59,575 nt of DNA, taken from NCBI GenBank assembly GCA_964506845.1, contig CAZDNS010000006.1, positions 1 through 59,575 of the forward strand, in the 5' to 3' direction. Each line of letters begins with the position of its first letter. The stretch's first letter is position 1. This document shows positions 58,052 through 59,575 of the stretch, piece after piece. Below the pieces are notes generated by a model that saw only the letters and a program-made list of their open reading frames with translations, had not been told where the DNA came from and did no database searches. A program made the translations under genes and the position numbers. This DNA is from an uncultured Planctomycetia bacterium (GTDB taxonomy: Bacteria; Omnitrophota; Gorgyraeia; VGKN01).

Positions 58052-58326
58052 TTACGCAGGCTCAGCTTATCCAGGAGTTCTTGATATTTCTTGAGATTAT
58101 ACCGCTTTATATAATCCAAAAGGTACCTTCGTTGTCCCACCATTTTAAGAAGCCCGCGCCTTGAACCGTGGTCTTTCTTATGAGACTTGAAGTGCTCTGT
58201 CAGATTATTTATTCTCTCCGTAAGAAGCGCTACCTGGACACTCGCAGAACCCGTATCCTTTGCGTGTATCTTAAATTCATCTATCAGAGAGGTTTTCTTT
58301 TCCCTATTTAAACTCACCTTTCGCAC
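58048..58326 (-). CDS. rpsO: 30S ribosomal protein S15
   Basis: '[47 protein letters not shown]'. It overlaps the pnp start by 4 nt. Confidence 0.9.
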   Translation of the reverse strand: MRKVSLNREKKTSLIDEFKIHAKDTGSASVQVALLTERINNLTEHFKSHKKDHGSRRGLLKMVGQRRYLLDYIKRYNLKKYQELLDKLSLRK

Positions 58327-58476
58327 CTCCTTGTTGTTAATTATAACAAACGAATTTTTATAAGTAAAGAAAAATTATAGAACCAACCGCTGAAACGCGA
58401 AAATTCCGCAAAAGCGCAAAATTCGCTCGATTGTAAACTCTTTGCGTCTTTGCGGGTTTTTGCGACCTTTGCGGTA

Positions 58477-59454
58477 TCAAAGTAGGTTTTTCAGCGTAAC
58501 TAAAATTGCCTTTGCTATAACACTATCCTTTCTAAGCCTTTCCATAAGGCTGTGCCTATCTTTGAATTTCCTTTCATCCCTTATTTTTTTTACCGGAAAA
58601 ATCTCCATCTCTTTTCCATACAGAAATCTGTTAACTCCAAATAAATGCACCTCTATTTCTGGTTTTATAGCTAATTTACTCATCTTGCGGCTATGAGGTG
58701 TTTTTAAAAAAGTAGGTCTGGTTCCAATGTTCAACATACCCATATAGCAGCGTTTTTCTATATCGGCCATTACCGCATATACGCCGTTGGGCGGCAGCAC
58801 TTCCTGGTAAGTCTTTATATTGGCGGTCGGAAATCCGAGTCCTGCTCCTCTCTTTTCTCCCTTAACAACTACTCCGTAAATAGAATAAGGCTTTCCTAAC
58901 AGCCTGCCTGCCTCTGATAATTTTCCTTCTTCTGTCAGTCTTCTTATCGCTGTGCTGCTTATTGGTCTTCCTTTAACCTTAACCTCTCTTACAATCGTAA
59001 CCTTTAAACCTGCTTGTCTTGAGATTTTTTTAAGGAGGTTTATATCGCCCTTGGCTTTAAAGCCAAACCTGAAATTATACCCTATAAACAATTCTTTTAT
59101 CCTCAATCGCTTTATCAGTACCTTATGAACAAAATTTACAGCTGAAAGCCCGGCAAATATCTTGGTAAAATTTATAATTACACATAAATCAACACCTAAT
59201 TCCTCAAAAATCTTCAGTCTCTGCTCAAGCGACATTATTAGCGGCGGGCATAACTTAGTATTCAACCTCTTTAAAGGATGGGGATAAAAAGTAATTAAAA
59301 TAGATGAACCTTTACTTTGTCTTGCCTTATCTACACACTTAGCTATTATGTGCCTGTGACCTAAATGCACGCCGTCAAATATTCCTACGGTGGCGATAAC
59401 AGGCTGCCTCAGTTTCTCCTGTATTATATGTTTGTAATTTTTAATTATCACCAT
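58477..59454 (-). CDS. ribF: Bifunctional riboflavin kinase / FMN adenylyltransferase
   Basis: 'ATVGIFDGVHLGHRH', 'ITFYPHP', 'GFPTANI', 'EVHLF'. Confidence 0.9.
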   Translation of the reverse strand: MVIIKNYKHIIQEKLRQPVIATVGIFDGVHLGHRHIIAKCVDKARQSKGSSILITFYPHPLKRLNTKLCPPLIMSLEQRLKIFEELGVDLCVIINFTKIFAGLSAVNFVHKVLIKRLRIKELFIGYNFRFGFKAKGDINLLKKISRQAGLKVTIVREVKVKGRPISSTAIRRLTEEGKLSEAGRLLGKPYSIYGVVVKGEKRGAGLGFPTANIKTYQEVLPPNGVYAVMADIEKRCYMGMLNIGTRPTFLKTPHSRKMSKLAIKPEIEVHLFGVNRFLYGKEMEIFPVKKIRDERKFKDRHSLMERLRKDSVIAKAILVTLKNLL

Positions 59455-59575
59455 TTTGGATTTATAATATAATGCTTTGTCAAATAAATACCAATATGAT
59501 AACAGCGATTAAGAGAACGATTAGAGAGATAAATACCTCTTCAATAATCGTTGTAATCTTATTTTAAAATCGCTG

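Noticed and set aside
59521-59574. Possible 3' end of an upstream minus-strand gene (for example truB, by synteny with ribF-rpsO-pnp).
   Set aside because: Only ~17 codons are visible before a TAA, which is far too short to support any call.

Overview
59.6-kb AT-rich bacterial window, transcribed almost entirely from the minus strand. The right end (47.6-59.5 kb) is ordinary housekeeping: ribF, rpsO, pnp, uppP, ftsK, a rodZ-like gene, rimO, pgsA and pgpA, plus one unknown membrane-anchored protein. The left 46.7 kb is unusual. It holds a co-oriented array of giant ORFs: a partial one of >=1767 codons that is missing from the ORF track because it runs off the window, then 2295 aa, 466 + 911 aa separated by a single in-frame TAG, 6681 aa, 2133 aa, and a frameshifted cargo-less remnant. 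All carry the same signal-peptide-like N-terminal leader with a K-L-[AV]-P-[PQ] motif. Three (plus the remnant) end in the same unassigned ~185-aa C-terminal domain (...LGAK-stop). Between leader and C-terminal domain they covalently join enzymes that are normally separate and cytosolic: PEP synthase/PPDK-like; GDH + GTP-PEPCK + HAD + enolase + iPGM + TIM + PGI + HAD-IIB + Zn-ADH + phosphohexomutase; two FBP aldolase/phosphatase-like modules; Leu/Val-type dehydrogenase + proline dehydrogenase + P5C dehydrogenase; NfnB/GltD-like + NfnA/PyrK-like. Together these cover amino-acid oxidation plus most of gluconeogenesis. iPGM is circularly permuted and TIM is permuted or half-duplicated. Arg-rich winged-helix-like linkers recur between enzyme blocks. 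Interspersed are two PilZ paralogs, a four-helix-bundle (23S-IVS-type) gene and two plus-strand type II TA cassettes (AbrB/RelE-like, MNT/HEPN). Non-coding signals include consensus sigma70-type promoters, a GC-rich structured leader with a terminator-like hairpin, a ~75-nt palindromic repeat family (3 copies), a conserved 3' block after CTD genes, and 7-nt-periodic spacers. I recognised no rRNA, tRNA, CRISPR array or transposase. All domain calls rest on manual motif reading, and sub-ORF coordinates are approximate (domains +/-30 nt, small sites +/-2 nt). Lineage cannot be fixed from this window; giant ORFs, IVS-type genes and a compact AT-rich operon are reminiscent of uncultivated small-cell PVC-type bacteria, which is inference only.
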